Virus record (IMG/VR): IMGVR_UViG_3300043409_001033
Span: 10,193 to 74,192 of that record
Source: a virus
DNA length: 64,000 nt
Strand: one strand, 5' to 3'
Shown here: positions 9,907-18,867 of the stretch, piece by piece
Layout of the letters: each line of letters begins with the position of its first letter
How positions within the stretch are numbered: the stretch's first letter is position 1
Notes under the pieces: model-generated
What the model was told of the DNA's origin: nothing
The model's input: the letters and a program-made list of their open reading frames with translations, nothing else
The model's database searches: none
Made by a program: the position numbers and the translations under genes

Positions 9907-10986
9907 TTAGAAACCAATCTTCTTTGTATTAAGTTTAACTTTTGGTTGTTGATATTCAATATTATAAATATCTGCTAATGTCATTGGTGCTTCTGTTATG
10001 TAATCTAAATCAAGTTCCTTTAGTAGATTATTTGATTGTTCAACATTTAATTTAGAAAATTTATGTTCTGCTATCAATCTTCCTTTTCTTAATAAAGCAG
10101 GGTCTATTCGTTCCCTTTCCATATTAAAAGTAGCAATAACATAAATGTTTAACAAATCTCCATAAATACCATCGGTTAAATTTAATAAATTAGATACACC
10201 ACCACTGCTATCTTGTGAAATATTTCTATCGGTTAAAACTTTTTCTGCATCTTCTAAAATAAGAATAGAGTTATTGTTATTTATCAAAAAATCTGTAAAA
10301 TCTGGATTAGTGATGCAATTTATTAAGTTAGGTGGAATAAAAATAACTGGTTTATTGAAATCTGATACCATATATTTTATAAGATTACTTTTACCTGTCC
10401 CTGCTTCTCTATGCAATAATATTAGTTTTCCATTAGACTTATCTTCATTGACAGATGAAATAATTGTATCATAAATTGGTTTAAATTCTTTTGAGTAGTG
10501 TGTTTCAATATTTAAAATTGGTCTTTGGAGTTTCAACGAAACAGTAGTTAAGCCATTCTTAGTTGTTCTAAGTAGATTGATGTTATTTACACCATCTTTT
10601 ATTAAATTATCGAAGCAAGTCTCGATTAATTCTAATATAAACTTAGATTTATTTTCTATGTAATAAATTTTAACTTCATTTCCAATCCCCCAATCGTTTG
10701 TAGTAATTACAATACCTGATTTGTATTCAAAAGTATACATCGCATCCCATTTAGAAGTAGGTGTTATTCCTGTTCTCGATTGTATCAATGGATATTTTAA
10801 AAATATGTCATAATTAACGTTATTGAGTTTCACATAATTTACAACTTGTTTTGGAAAGAGTCTTTTAAAATAATTAATTACAACATTACTCGTAAATTCT
10901 TCGTTACAATTATCATGTAATCCATCTAATTGTAAATTAGCATTTGGTAAATTTTTTAAAATTTCTTCTTTTAGTTCTTTTGTCAT
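9907..10986 (-). CDS. AAA+ ATPase (BCS1-like); Walker A is degenerate
   Basis: LLHREAGTGKS Walker A, ILILEDAE Walker B, LLNLTDG, IDPALLRKGRL arginine finger, KKIGF tail. Confidence 0.85.
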   Translation of the reverse strand: MTKELKEEILKNLPNANLQLDGLHDNCNEEFTSNVVINYFKRLFPKQVVNYVKLNNVNYDIFLKYPLIQSRTGITPTSKWDAMYTFEYKSGIVITTNDWGIGNEVKIYYIENKSKFILELIETCFDNLIKDGVNNINLLRTTKNGLTTVSLKLQRPILNIETHYSKEFKPIYDTIISSVNEDKSNGKLILLHREAGTGKSNLIKYMVSDFNKPVIFIPPNLINCITNPDFTDFLINNNNSILILEDAEKVLTDRNISQDSSGGVSNLLNLTDGIYGDLLNIYVIATFNMERERIDPALLRKGRLIAEHKFSKLNVEQSNNLLKELDLDYITEAPMTLADIYNIEYQQPKVKLNTKKIGF

Positions 10987-11026
10987 ATTATTTGTTAGTT
11001 TTATTTTTTTGTAAAGATAATTGTTA

Positions 11027-13876
11027 TTATTTGAATTTCAAAATTAATTCATCTTTTGTTTTACCATTTTTTGATAAATGTTTTGCAACATTATTTCTAA
11101 GATAGAAAGTTTCGTATTTTTTGTCGGTAAATAAATACTCTAAATCTTTTGGAATGTTCAATAACAAATTATCATATTTTAATAAAGCGGAAATGAAAGT
11201 GTCTTTCCAATGTTCAATATTGTAATAAATTTGTTGATTTGAATAAGTCTCTAAATCATAATAAGGAATTGATGTAAAAACTAAATCAAATTTATTTTCA
11301 AAACTTGAATCATCAAAATCTTCAAATCTACAATTAAAAATCTTAACATTATTGAAATTTTTTGAAAGTTCTATCAATTCATTATAAGTATCAATATTTG
11401 GTTCACAACCAATATAAGTACCATTTGGATAAATAGACTTAAATCCTAATAATCTACCACCAAATCCACAACAAGGGTCTAATACAATTGGTTTTTGTTT
11501 ATTACCAATAAATTCTTTATAAATAGCTCCTGCAACCAAAGGTTTAAAAAATGAGATTGTTCCTCTAATAGCAGAAATTCCTTTTAAAATTTGTTTATAA
11601 GATAAATCAAAAACTTCACCAGATTCATTTAATCCAATTCTATATTCAACTATTTTTCTCAAAGTTTCATTGTCTTGATACATTTGATAAGCAGTTAATT
11701 TATGTCCTTTGTATTTGGAATGAAAATAACTTTTGAATATAGATTTTAAATATGTAACTCCAACAGGATAAGCATTATTTTTGAATACTTTATCCTGTCT
11801 ATCATACACCTTAGACATATCATAATTATTAATAGTCAATGCAATATCAACAATAGAATTATTTGAAGTTGGGTATGGGAACTCTGGTTCGTATATTTTC
11901 AATAGTCTTATAATAGGCGAAACCATATCTTTTAAAAAAGAATCTCCTGATAATGGGGAATTTTTATGATTAATAAAATAATCTCTACTCATAATAACTT
12001 GATTATGAGGAATTGTTTGTTCAACTACTCTATTATATTTTTCTAAATCTTCTAATGATTGTAATTTAGGAACATCTAAATCTAATATTCTATAATCGAC
12101 CTTTCCAAATTTTCTTTTATCTCCAATAGCACCTGTTAATTGGTCTTTGTTTAGATTTTCTTTTTTCATAGGATGATAATATGAACCATCAATTTCTACC
12201 AATAGATTTTGTTCTGGTAAATAAAAATCAATTAAACCAAATTCTTGTGGGTATTGTGAAATATAAGGTATATTCAATCTTTCGCAAAAGTTTTTAAAAG
12301 CTAATTCTCCTTTAGTATCTCTCTTTTTTTGGTTAGAACCTCTCAAAATAGCACTTCTACTCATTTTAGCTCTTGTTTCGTCTGTTAACAAAGAACCGTC
12401 CCAAATAGGAGGTGGTGTATGTTCTTTTATATAATCTCTACAATATGAAACTTCGCCTTTATCGTTTCTACCACTCTCTAATATAGTAACTTTTTGTCCA
12501 CAATTGTTTTCACATTTACACGTAGGATGAATATCATTAAAAATATATTTCAAAATATAGTCTTTTTTTGTAATATTATGATTACGCTTAACGTGTTTTG
12601 ATAACATAAACTCACTAAGCATTTTTTGATTACAAATTTTACAAAACAAATTTGAGTTTTCTAATTTTTGGTTTAATTCAATAACATGAGGTCTAAATTC
12701 TCCAAATGTTTCTGTATATCTCCTAATGTTCCATTCTGGGTGTTTGTGTGCTAAGTGAGTTCTAATTCCATGCACTGTGTTTTCTTGATTACAAATTTTA
12801 CAAACATGAATAGAATTATCAACTATTATTTTAGGCTCTTGTTTTGGTTTTAAATTAGCAATTTTATTTAACAATTTTTCATTTTTGATAGCATCTTTTT
12901 CAACCTTAGCAATATGTCTAAGAATAGACTTTTGAAAAGATTTTTGTTGTCTTAATTGTTCTTTTGCTAATTCCTTTTCTTCTTTAGTTTTGATATTATA
13001 TAATGATTTCTTTGTTTGTATCTGTTTTTCAATATTTACATAATTTGAATCACCATATTTTTCTAATTTAGTTTGTTTAATTTTATCCGATGATGTTGGG
13101 ATAAACATTGCATTTTCAACACCGTGTTTAGATAATAAAGTAGCTTTCATATTTTCATATTTCAATTTAGCTACTTCTGGTTTGTCTGGTTGTCTTTCTC
13201 TATGATGATTCAAATAATACTGGAAATAGTTATTATCTCTTAACTCTCTTTTGTCTGAAAATAGGGTTGGTTGACCGCATCCACATAAACATAATGGTGC
13301 GATACCTTTTAATTTTACATTTAGATAATAATCCTTTTTTGATAAGTTATGTTCTTTCTTTAAATGTCTAACAAATTCTCCCGAATTAGATAATGTTTTG
13401 TTACATACTTCGCATAAGTGAGGTTCATTGATGAATCTTTCCGAATCTTGTTTGATGACGCTTTCTTTAGGTACATAATTAGGTTTAGTTTTCATTGTCT
13501 CCGCCTTTTTCTCATTAACTTCCTTAGATTTAGAGATATGTTCTACACCATACTTTTTTAACCAAGTTTGTTTTTGATTTTCTTTAGCCTTTTGTTTACT
13601 TTCTTCTGAAAGTGGTTCTCTCGGAGAATGATTTCGAGCGTATTCATAAAAATAAGCTCTATTTAGGTATTTAGATTCTTGCCTAAAACCTACTAATTTA
13701 TCACAATCTTCTTTACACATACATTTTGGATGGTGTCCATCAAATATATGTTCTATAAGATAATCTTTCAATTCTACTTCATGTTTTCTCAAATGAAGTG
13801 TGAAAGTTCTCGGAGTTTCAAAAGTTTCTCCACATATTTTACATTTTTTGTAAAATTCACTTAGGTTGTCAATCAT
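11027..13876 (-). CDS. Fusion of C2H2 zinc-finger array, NUMOD3-like motif, Vsr/EDxHD-like endonuclease and amino-DNA methyltransferase (start revised to ATG 13876)
   Basis: Four CxxC..H..H fingers, three Cys clusters (CMCKEDC, CLCGC, CKCENNC), TxLxKYGVE-type repeats, TDETRAKMS, IDFYLP...VEIDGSYYH, then LDPCCGFGGRLLG (SAM binding) and FTSIPYY (catalytic). The track's TTG start lies inside a terminator hairpin. Confidence 0.8.
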   Translation of the reverse strand: MIDNLSEFYKKCKICGETFETPRTFTLHLRKHEVELKDYLIEHIFDGHHPKCMCKEDCDKLVGFRQESKYLNRAYFYEYARNHSPREPLSEESKQKAKENQKQTWLKKYGVEHISKSKEVNEKKAETMKTKPNYVPKESVIKQDSERFINEPHLCEVCNKTLSNSGEFVRHLKKEHNLSKKDYYLNVKLKGIAPLCLCGCGQPTLFSDKRELRDNNYFQYYLNHHRERQPDKPEVAKLKYENMKATLLSKHGVENAMFIPTSSDKIKQTKLEKYGDSNYVNIEKQIQTKKSLYNIKTKEEKELAKEQLRQQKSFQKSILRHIAKVEKDAIKNEKLLNKIANLKPKQEPKIIVDNSIHVCKICNQENTVHGIRTHLAHKHPEWNIRRYTETFGEFRPHVIELNQKLENSNLFCKICNQKMLSEFMLSKHVKRNHNITKKDYILKYIFNDIHPTCKCENNCGQKVTILESGRNDKGEVSYCRDYIKEHTPPPIWDGSLLTDETRAKMSRSAILRGSNQKKRDTKGELAFKNFCERLNIPYISQYPQEFGLIDFYLPEQNLLVEIDGSYYHPMKKENLNKDQLTGAIGDKRKFGKVDYRILDLDVPKLQSLEDLEKYNRVVEQTIPHNQVIMSRDYFINHKNSPLSGDSFLKDMVSPIIRLLKIYEPEFPYPTSNNSIVDIALTINNYDMSKVYDRQDKVFKNNAYPVGVTYLKSIFKSYFHSKYKGHKLTAYQMYQDNETLRKIVEYRIGLNESGEVFDLSYKQILKGISAIRGTISFFKPLVAGAIYKEFIGNKQKPIVLDPCCGFGGRLLGFKSIYPNGTYIGCEPNIDTYNELIELSKNFNNVKIFNCRFEDFDDSSFENKFDLVFTSIPYYDLETYSNQQIYYNIEHWKDTFISALLKYDNLLLNIPKDLEYLFTDKKYETFYLRNNVAKHLSKNGKTKDELILKFK

Positions 13877-13897
13877 ACGTCTTTTAGTAATTGTAAT

Positions 13898-13906
13898 TAT
13901 AAATAT
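13898..13906 (-). promoter_or_regulatory. Putative late promoter ATATTTATA for the nuclease-MTase gene; a Bacteroidota-type -7 element TACCTTTG lies at 13912-13919
   Basis: Recurrent motif about 22 nt upstream of ATG 13876. Confidence 0.55.
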
Positions 13907-13922
13907 ACAACCAAAGGTAAAC

Positions 13923-13962
13923 AAAAAAAGTTTCAAACTCAATTAAGAATTTGAAACTTTTT
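13923..13962 (-). terminator. Terminator after the major capsid gene
   Basis: AAAAAGTTTCAAATTC-TTAATT-GAGTTTGAAACTTTTTTT long hairpin with U-tract. Confidence 0.75.
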
Positions 13963-14028
13963 AAAATTTGATAAAAAATAATAAAATATTATGTATTTAT
14001 TGTATTATTTCGATATTTTTTATCTTAA

Positions 14029-15624
14029 TTACACCGTATGAAGTCCGCCAACAATTACATCTCCAAAAAATGAGTTTCTAAGGGCAGTTTTAGCATATCG
14101 GGTCAACATGAACTTATTAGGGGTAGCTGTATTATAATTATAAATCAAAGGTGTAACTTCGAGAGGAATATAAGGACATAAAGCGGCTCCTGCTTCTAAG
14201 AAGTTTGCACCTTTAAAGCCCATTAACAAGCGGTTCTCAGTATAATAAGGGTTTTTGAACACTTTATATTGAGAGTTGAATGAACCTACACGTGTATTAC
14301 CTAAACCAGACGTAGCTTTACCTACTTCGGCATCAGACATATAACCAGCCATCGACTCTAACACGTTAGCAACTTTTGGCGATACAACAATGAAGTTAGC
14401 TTCACCTCTTACAGTTTTTTGCAAGATAGAGTTAGACACTTTATTGATTTTTGTACCCAAAGTTCTAAACCAATCTTGTTGAGAGTTATAATAACCAGAA
14501 GTCATTGGTGTGAACGCAGTGCCAGTAGAGTTGATTTGGATGTTGTTTTCAGCAGTCCAATAATCACGAGTACCACCAGCAGGCACAGCACTTGAAATCA
14601 TATCTAATACTTCTAAGTCGATTTCTCTTGCGATACTATCAGACATCATACCAGTAATTTCAGATTCCAAGTCGATACCTTGATACGCCTTAACGTCCTG
14701 TATCATTTCTTGTGTCCATTGCCCTTTTAATTTACGAGTTTTAGCAGAAACTTGTTTTGAAGTCCATTCAGCATAGAACTCAGGAATGTTCAATGAACCA
14801 GTTCTATCTTCAAAGTCACCACGAGCATTATCAACAGTTTGTTTTTGGTAATAAACCAAAGCAGTACCATTTACAACGTTTGCACTTGAACCAGATACCA
14901 CGAAGATAACGTTAGTACCAGTTCCATCGGTAACAGTATACTGTTGATAAACGTTAGCTGGAACAACACCAGAACCAGACAAAGTGAAACCTCTTACAGC
15001 CAACACATCATAAGATGGTAAAGATGAAGTTGGTACAGATACTAATTTGATTTCGTTACGAGCAACAGAACCAGATAAAGATGAATCAAACCAAACATCT
15101 TTAAATGAACCAGATGTTACAGTTGTTGATGCAGAAGCAGAGTTTGGTGCAAGTGAATACGTGAAACGACCAGAACCATACAAACCACCAGAAACATCAG
15201 CACCAGTATCAGTGATACCATATACAGAATCTCCGCTTGTAAATGGTGATTTAGAGTTTGCATATTTGAAATCCAAATAGAACACTAAACCAGTTGGCAT
15301 TTGCAATGGTTGAATAGAAACAAACTCTTTTGCAGAAATCAAGTCAGCAAATACCTTACGTACTAAAGGTAAGATAACACCAGCAACTTGTTCACCAGTT
15401 CCACCCGGATAAGTAGCACCACCTAAGTTAGTTTGGTTAGTTGTTTCTTTTAAAATGTGACCTAATTGGTTATGTAAAAGGTTTGCCATTTGAACTTTTT
15501 CAATTGGATTCAAGCCTTCCAATAAACCAATTTTCTCATACATTCCTACTTTCTCAGTAGATTTTTGATATTGTTCGTTGATTGCTTTTCTTTGATAATC
15601 AGCGAATTGTTGGAAATTTGACAT
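14029..15624 (-). CDS. gp23: Major capsid protein (T4 gp23-like)
   Basis: LPLVRKVF..ISAKEFVSIQPLQMPTGLVFYLDF, AKTRKLKGQWTQEMIQD, EIDLEVLD, PYIPL..TP..Y...TP motifs. Confidence 0.95.
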   Translation of the reverse strand: MSNFQQFADYQRKAINEQYQKSTEKVGMYEKIGLLEGLNPIEKVQMANLLHNQLGHILKETTNQTNLGGATYPGGTGEQVAGVILPLVRKVFADLISAKEFVSIQPLQMPTGLVFYLDFKYANSKSPFTSGDSVYGITDTGADVSGGLYGSGRFTYSLAPNSASASTTVTSGSFKDVWFDSSLSGSVARNEIKLVSVPTSSLPSYDVLAVRGFTLSGSGVVPANVYQQYTVTDGTGTNVIFVVSGSSANVVNGTALVYYQKQTVDNARGDFEDRTGSLNIPEFYAEWTSKQVSAKTRKLKGQWTQEMIQDVKAYQGIDLESEITGMMSDSIAREIDLEVLDMISSAVPAGGTRDYWTAENNIQINSTGTAFTPMTSGYYNSQQDWFRTLGTKINKVSNSILQKTVRGEANFIVVSPKVANVLESMAGYMSDAEVGKATSGLGNTRVGSFNSQYKVFKNPYYTENRLLMGFKGANFLEAGAALCPYIPLEVTPLIYNYNTATPNKFMLTRYAKTALRNSFFGDVIVGGLHTV

Positions 15625-15626
15625 AG

Positions 15627-16553
15627 TTATTTACCTAAGTTTTTTTTGATTTTTAATGCAAAAGAGTCCATTTGATTAGATTCTTTTAAAATTGATTGAG
15701 TTTTTGGTGCTGGGTTTGTGTTTCTGAAAATACCTTCTTTGATTGCAGTCTTAGAATTGATTTTCTTTGGTTCAACCTTTTCTTTTTTGTTTTTGTAAGA
15801 TTCTGCTAAAAGTGAATAAGCTCTTGTAATCTCTTCAACTGATTTCATTGAATCAAAAGATTCAGAAATTTTGATAACTTGTTCTTGCGGTAATTTAACC
15901 TCCGAAGTAAGTTTGTTTAAATACTTAATATGAGTAGCGGTTAATAAAGATTCATTCAAAGATTGTTTCAAAATCTTAATAGCTTCTTTCAATTGAGCAT
16001 TTTCTTGTTTTAAACTTTGAAGTTCAGCATTAGAAGTTTCAGCAGTTTGAGTTTGAATACCAATTTCTTGTAAAATTGTTTCTAACATAGCATCTTCATC
16101 AAGACCATCTTCACTTGAATCTCCACCCATATCAGGCATTTCAGAGCTATCTTCTGTTCCTGCTTCATCACCTAAAAGACTTGAAACAACATCGGTAATC
16201 ATTGCTTGTAAGTCAGCTTTAGTTAATTGTGAGATTGGTGTATCGTCTCCAGATTCTTCTCCTCCCATTTCTGTTTCAGGAGCTTCTTCTGTTTCTGTTT
16301 CAGATGTTTCGTCTTCTGTTTCTTCCTCAGATTCTTCTTCGTTTAATCCGAAATCGAAAATTTCTTGCATTGATTCATCTTCATCTTCGGTATCATCGTA
16401 ACTATCTTCGGCTTCTTGTAATTTAGCGTCAACCATAGATTTAATCGTTGGAGCTAATTGTTCAGTTAAAGAATCCTCAAATTTTTTACGCATCATGGTT
16501 TGAATATTCTTCGCTTCAAGAATAACATCAAGTTTTTCGTCTTTTTTTGACAT
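15627..16553 (-). CDS. Prohead core/scaffold protein (T4 gp22-like)
   Basis: Acidic, coiled-coil, many L/I-x-E sites; lies between protease and MCP. Confidence 0.8.
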   Translation of the reverse strand: MSKKDEKLDVILEAKNIQTMMRKKFEDSLTEQLAPTIKSMVDAKLQEAEDSYDDTEDEDESMQEIFDFGLNEEESEEETEDETSETETEEAPETEMGGEESGDDTPISQLTKADLQAMITDVVSSLLGDEAGTEDSSEMPDMGGDSSEDGLDEDAMLETILQEIGIQTQTAETSNAELQSLKQENAQLKEAIKILKQSLNESLLTATHIKYLNKLTSEVKLPQEQVIKISESFDSMKSVEEITRAYSLLAESYKNKKEKVEPKKINSKTAIKEGIFRNTNPAPKTQSILKESNQMDSFALKIKKNLGK

Positions 16554-16555
16554 TG

Positions 16556-16680
16556 TTATTTTTATTGGATATATCTATTGGAGATACAATTGGATTGGAT
16601 TTGAAAAGAGAAGCAATATTGGGAGTTGCTTATGTGTAATTCAATAATAGATATAGAACTATTAAAAATTTATATTCATT
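16556..16680 (-). promoter_or_regulatory. Structured 5' leader of the scaffold-MCP operon (hairpins with CCAAT loops)
   Basis: AAGCAA-CTCCCAATA-TTGCTT and TGTATCT-CCAAT-AGATATA hairpins; five CCAAT copies within 60 nt. Confidence 0.5.
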
Positions 16681-16750
16681 TTTTATATAATTTTATAAAG
16701 AATCTATTGTACTTTATAAAGAACTTTTCAAAAATGTATAAAAAATGGGT

Positions 16751-17377
16751 CTATCGACCCAAAATTTGATTTAAAATATGATTTAACTTACTATATTGCT
16801 CTTCAACTTGATAAGAAACAATATTTTCTTGCACAACTTCGGGACTACCACTTCCCAAAATAGAACCATGATTAGAATTTCTTGTAACTAAATCATAAGC
16901 TATAATATCTAATGATTCAACAATAATATCATCTCCTCTTTGAGAAGTATTTCCCAAACTTCTTGAAGAAACCCCTACTTTATCTCCTAATTTTAAAAAC
17001 TTAGCAACTCTTTGACCTTGTGGAATTTCGGGAAAATCATAAATAGCAATATTTCCATATAATTTATTACCTTTCCACCAAGTATCAACTATTTTATGAG
17101 AAACGGTTTCATATTTTACTTCGGCATCATCATAATGGTCTAATGAACCATATAATTCATTAGAGTTTTTTAATCCCATGTATCTTTCAATAGATTCTTT
17201 CAAAACAGAATAAGGATAAATCCTTCCATTTCCGTTTCTTTCATCAGCAGTTGATAATAAAGTAGGAATTATTAATAATCCATTATCAGATTGTTTATAT
17301 GACTCGGTTAATTGTTGTTTTGACAATTGTAAATAACCTAAACTTTCCGTTAATAATTGTTTATTTTGATTTTGCAT
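16751..17377 (-). CDS. gp21: Prohead maturation protease (T4 gp21-like)
   Basis: N.NGRIYP, YGSLDH, VSHKI, VGVSSRSLG, YDLV motifs. Confidence 0.9.
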   Translation of the reverse strand: MQNQNKQLLTESLGYLQLSKQQLTESYKQSDNGLLIIPTLLSTADERNGNGRIYPYSVLKESIERYMGLKNSNELYGSLDHYDDAEVKYETVSHKIVDTWWKGNKLYGNIAIYDFPEIPQGQRVAKFLKLGDKVGVSSRSLGNTSQRGDDIIVESLDIIAYDLVTRNSNHGSILGSGSPEVVQENIVSYQVEEQYSKLNHILNQILGR

Positions 17378-18860
17378 TTTTTGTTTTTGGTTTAGTAGGA
17401 ATAGGTTTTGTCATATTCACTAAAACAGTTTTTAAAATGGTAATATTTGATAAATAATCTTTGTCTATTTTTTGTTTTATAACAGGTTTTTTGTATAATT
17501 GATTAGATAAATTATCTATCATTGCTTTATATTCATTTTTGTCTTTGTTATAAAGTTTTTTTAACTTTTCGATAGATTTATTAAATTTATCATCGTCTTT
17601 AGTTTCACTTTTTATTAAAGAATATATTGCTCTCTGTGGAGTATTTGATTCTATACTGTCATTGCCTGTTAATATTTTTAATAGTCTTTTATAAGCACTT
17701 TCAATACTATCTAACTTGATATTCTTTTGGTCATTTTTTATTAAGAAATATTCATTATTGTCTTTATCAAACACGTGGGGATAAAATACTACTTCTTTAC
17801 CATCTTTATTAAAACTAAGTTTATATTTTTTAGTTTTATTATTTATAATATTTGATATTAATTTCCAATCATTAAATTCAGCGTTGTTTATAACTGTTTT
17901 GAATTGTTTTGCTAATACAGAAGGGTCTTTGACCTTTTGTTTTAGTGATTGGGTTAATGGTATCTCTTGAGAAGTACTTGTTTCACCTGTTTCACCCTCA
18001 TCTGGTGTTATAGAGGTTGACTTTGTAGTAGAATCGTCTTCTGGCGAGGTGTTTAATTCAAACTCTTGTCTTTTACCTCCTACTGTTGGTTGATGGATTC
18101 CACTTGATGTTGGTTTAGATTTTTTATTTAGTTCTTTTTTCTCTTTCTTGGTTGGTTGAGCTAATTTTAAGAAATACTTTTGAGCAATTTCAAAATCATC
18201 AAATTTCTTTTCTTTATTAAAAGTATCTTTTACACCATATTGAATATTTTCTCCTTGAGTATTAATTATTAATGATAAATCTTTATCTGCTTTTGATATT
18301 AATAGAATATTTTGAAAAGGTTTATTAGTTTTATTCTTTTGTAATCTAATATCAATTGGTTTCCAACCCCAAGATTTTGTAGTTGATAATATTGAATCAA
18401 ATTTTCTTTTTAAGAATGAGTAACTTGGTTCTTCTTGGTTTGATAAAGGTTCTTTTAATAAAGTTATTAATTCTGTGTTGGCTTCTTTTAATGTTGGAAA
18501 TTCTTCTAATTTGTCTATTGATTCATATTCTGAATTATAGGTTGAATAAGTTGAATTTTTATTATCTACCGATATTATTATTCCTACTTTTGTAGATTCT
18601 CTTTGAAAATATATTTCATTATTGTATGTTGGTGTTGAAGTTGTCTCTACGTGGGAACTTACCTTTGACCAACCTAAAGAAAGAGCTTGTTGCTCTAAAT
18701 TCTTAAAATAATTTTCGGTATATTTTCTAAAAGGATTTTCTACTTTTGGTAATCTTGGAATAGATTTCTTTTTTGGCTTTTCTATTTGAACAGGTTGTGT
18801 TGGGGTTGATTTTTTGTTTATCAACCCACTAAAGAAATCAGCAAAACCTTCATTAGTCAT
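17361..18860 (-). CDS. Hypothetical head-associated protein with three internal ~90 aa repeats
   Basis: Repeats of F.......(G/D)W..I...F.....A...L..L pattern; N-terminal MTNE|GF. Confidence 0.55.
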   Translation of the reverse strand: MTNEGFADFFSGLINKKSTPTQPVQIEKPKKKSIPRLPKVENPFRKYTENYFKNLEQQALSLGWSKVSSHVETTSTPTYNNEIYFQRESTKVGIIISVDNKNSTYSTYNSEYESIDKLEEFPTLKEANTELITLLKEPLSNQEEPSYSFLKRKFDSILSTTKSWGWKPIDIRLQKNKTNKPFQNILLISKADKDLSLIINTQGENIQYGVKDTFNKEKKFDDFEIAQKYFLKLAQPTKKEKKELNKKSKPTSSGIHQPTVGGKRQEFELNTSPEDDSTTKSTSITPDEGETGETSTSQEIPLTQSLKQKVKDPSVLAKQFKTVINNAEFNDWKLISNIINNKTKKYKLSFNKDGKEVVFYPHVFDKDNNEYFLIKNDQKNIKLDSIESAYKRLLKILTGNDSIESNTPQRAIYSLIKSETKDDDKFNKSIEKLKKLYNKDKNEYKAMIDNLSNQLYKKPVIKQKIDKDYLSNITILKTVLVNMTKPIPTKPKTKNAKSK

Positions 18861-18867
18861 ATTTTAA

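Noticed and set aside
13877-13942. Extended N-termini in the ORF track for 11027, 24809, 28659 and 60588
   Set aside because: The upstream starts fall within terminators or other genes; downstream ATGs (13876, 24979, 29156, 61349) have better context.
6935-16726. TTTATAAAGA motif upstream of the sheath (6935) and scaffold (16692, 16713) as an operator
   Set aside because: A 10-mer of almost only A/T in a very AT-rich genome; I cannot show it exceeds chance without a computed background.
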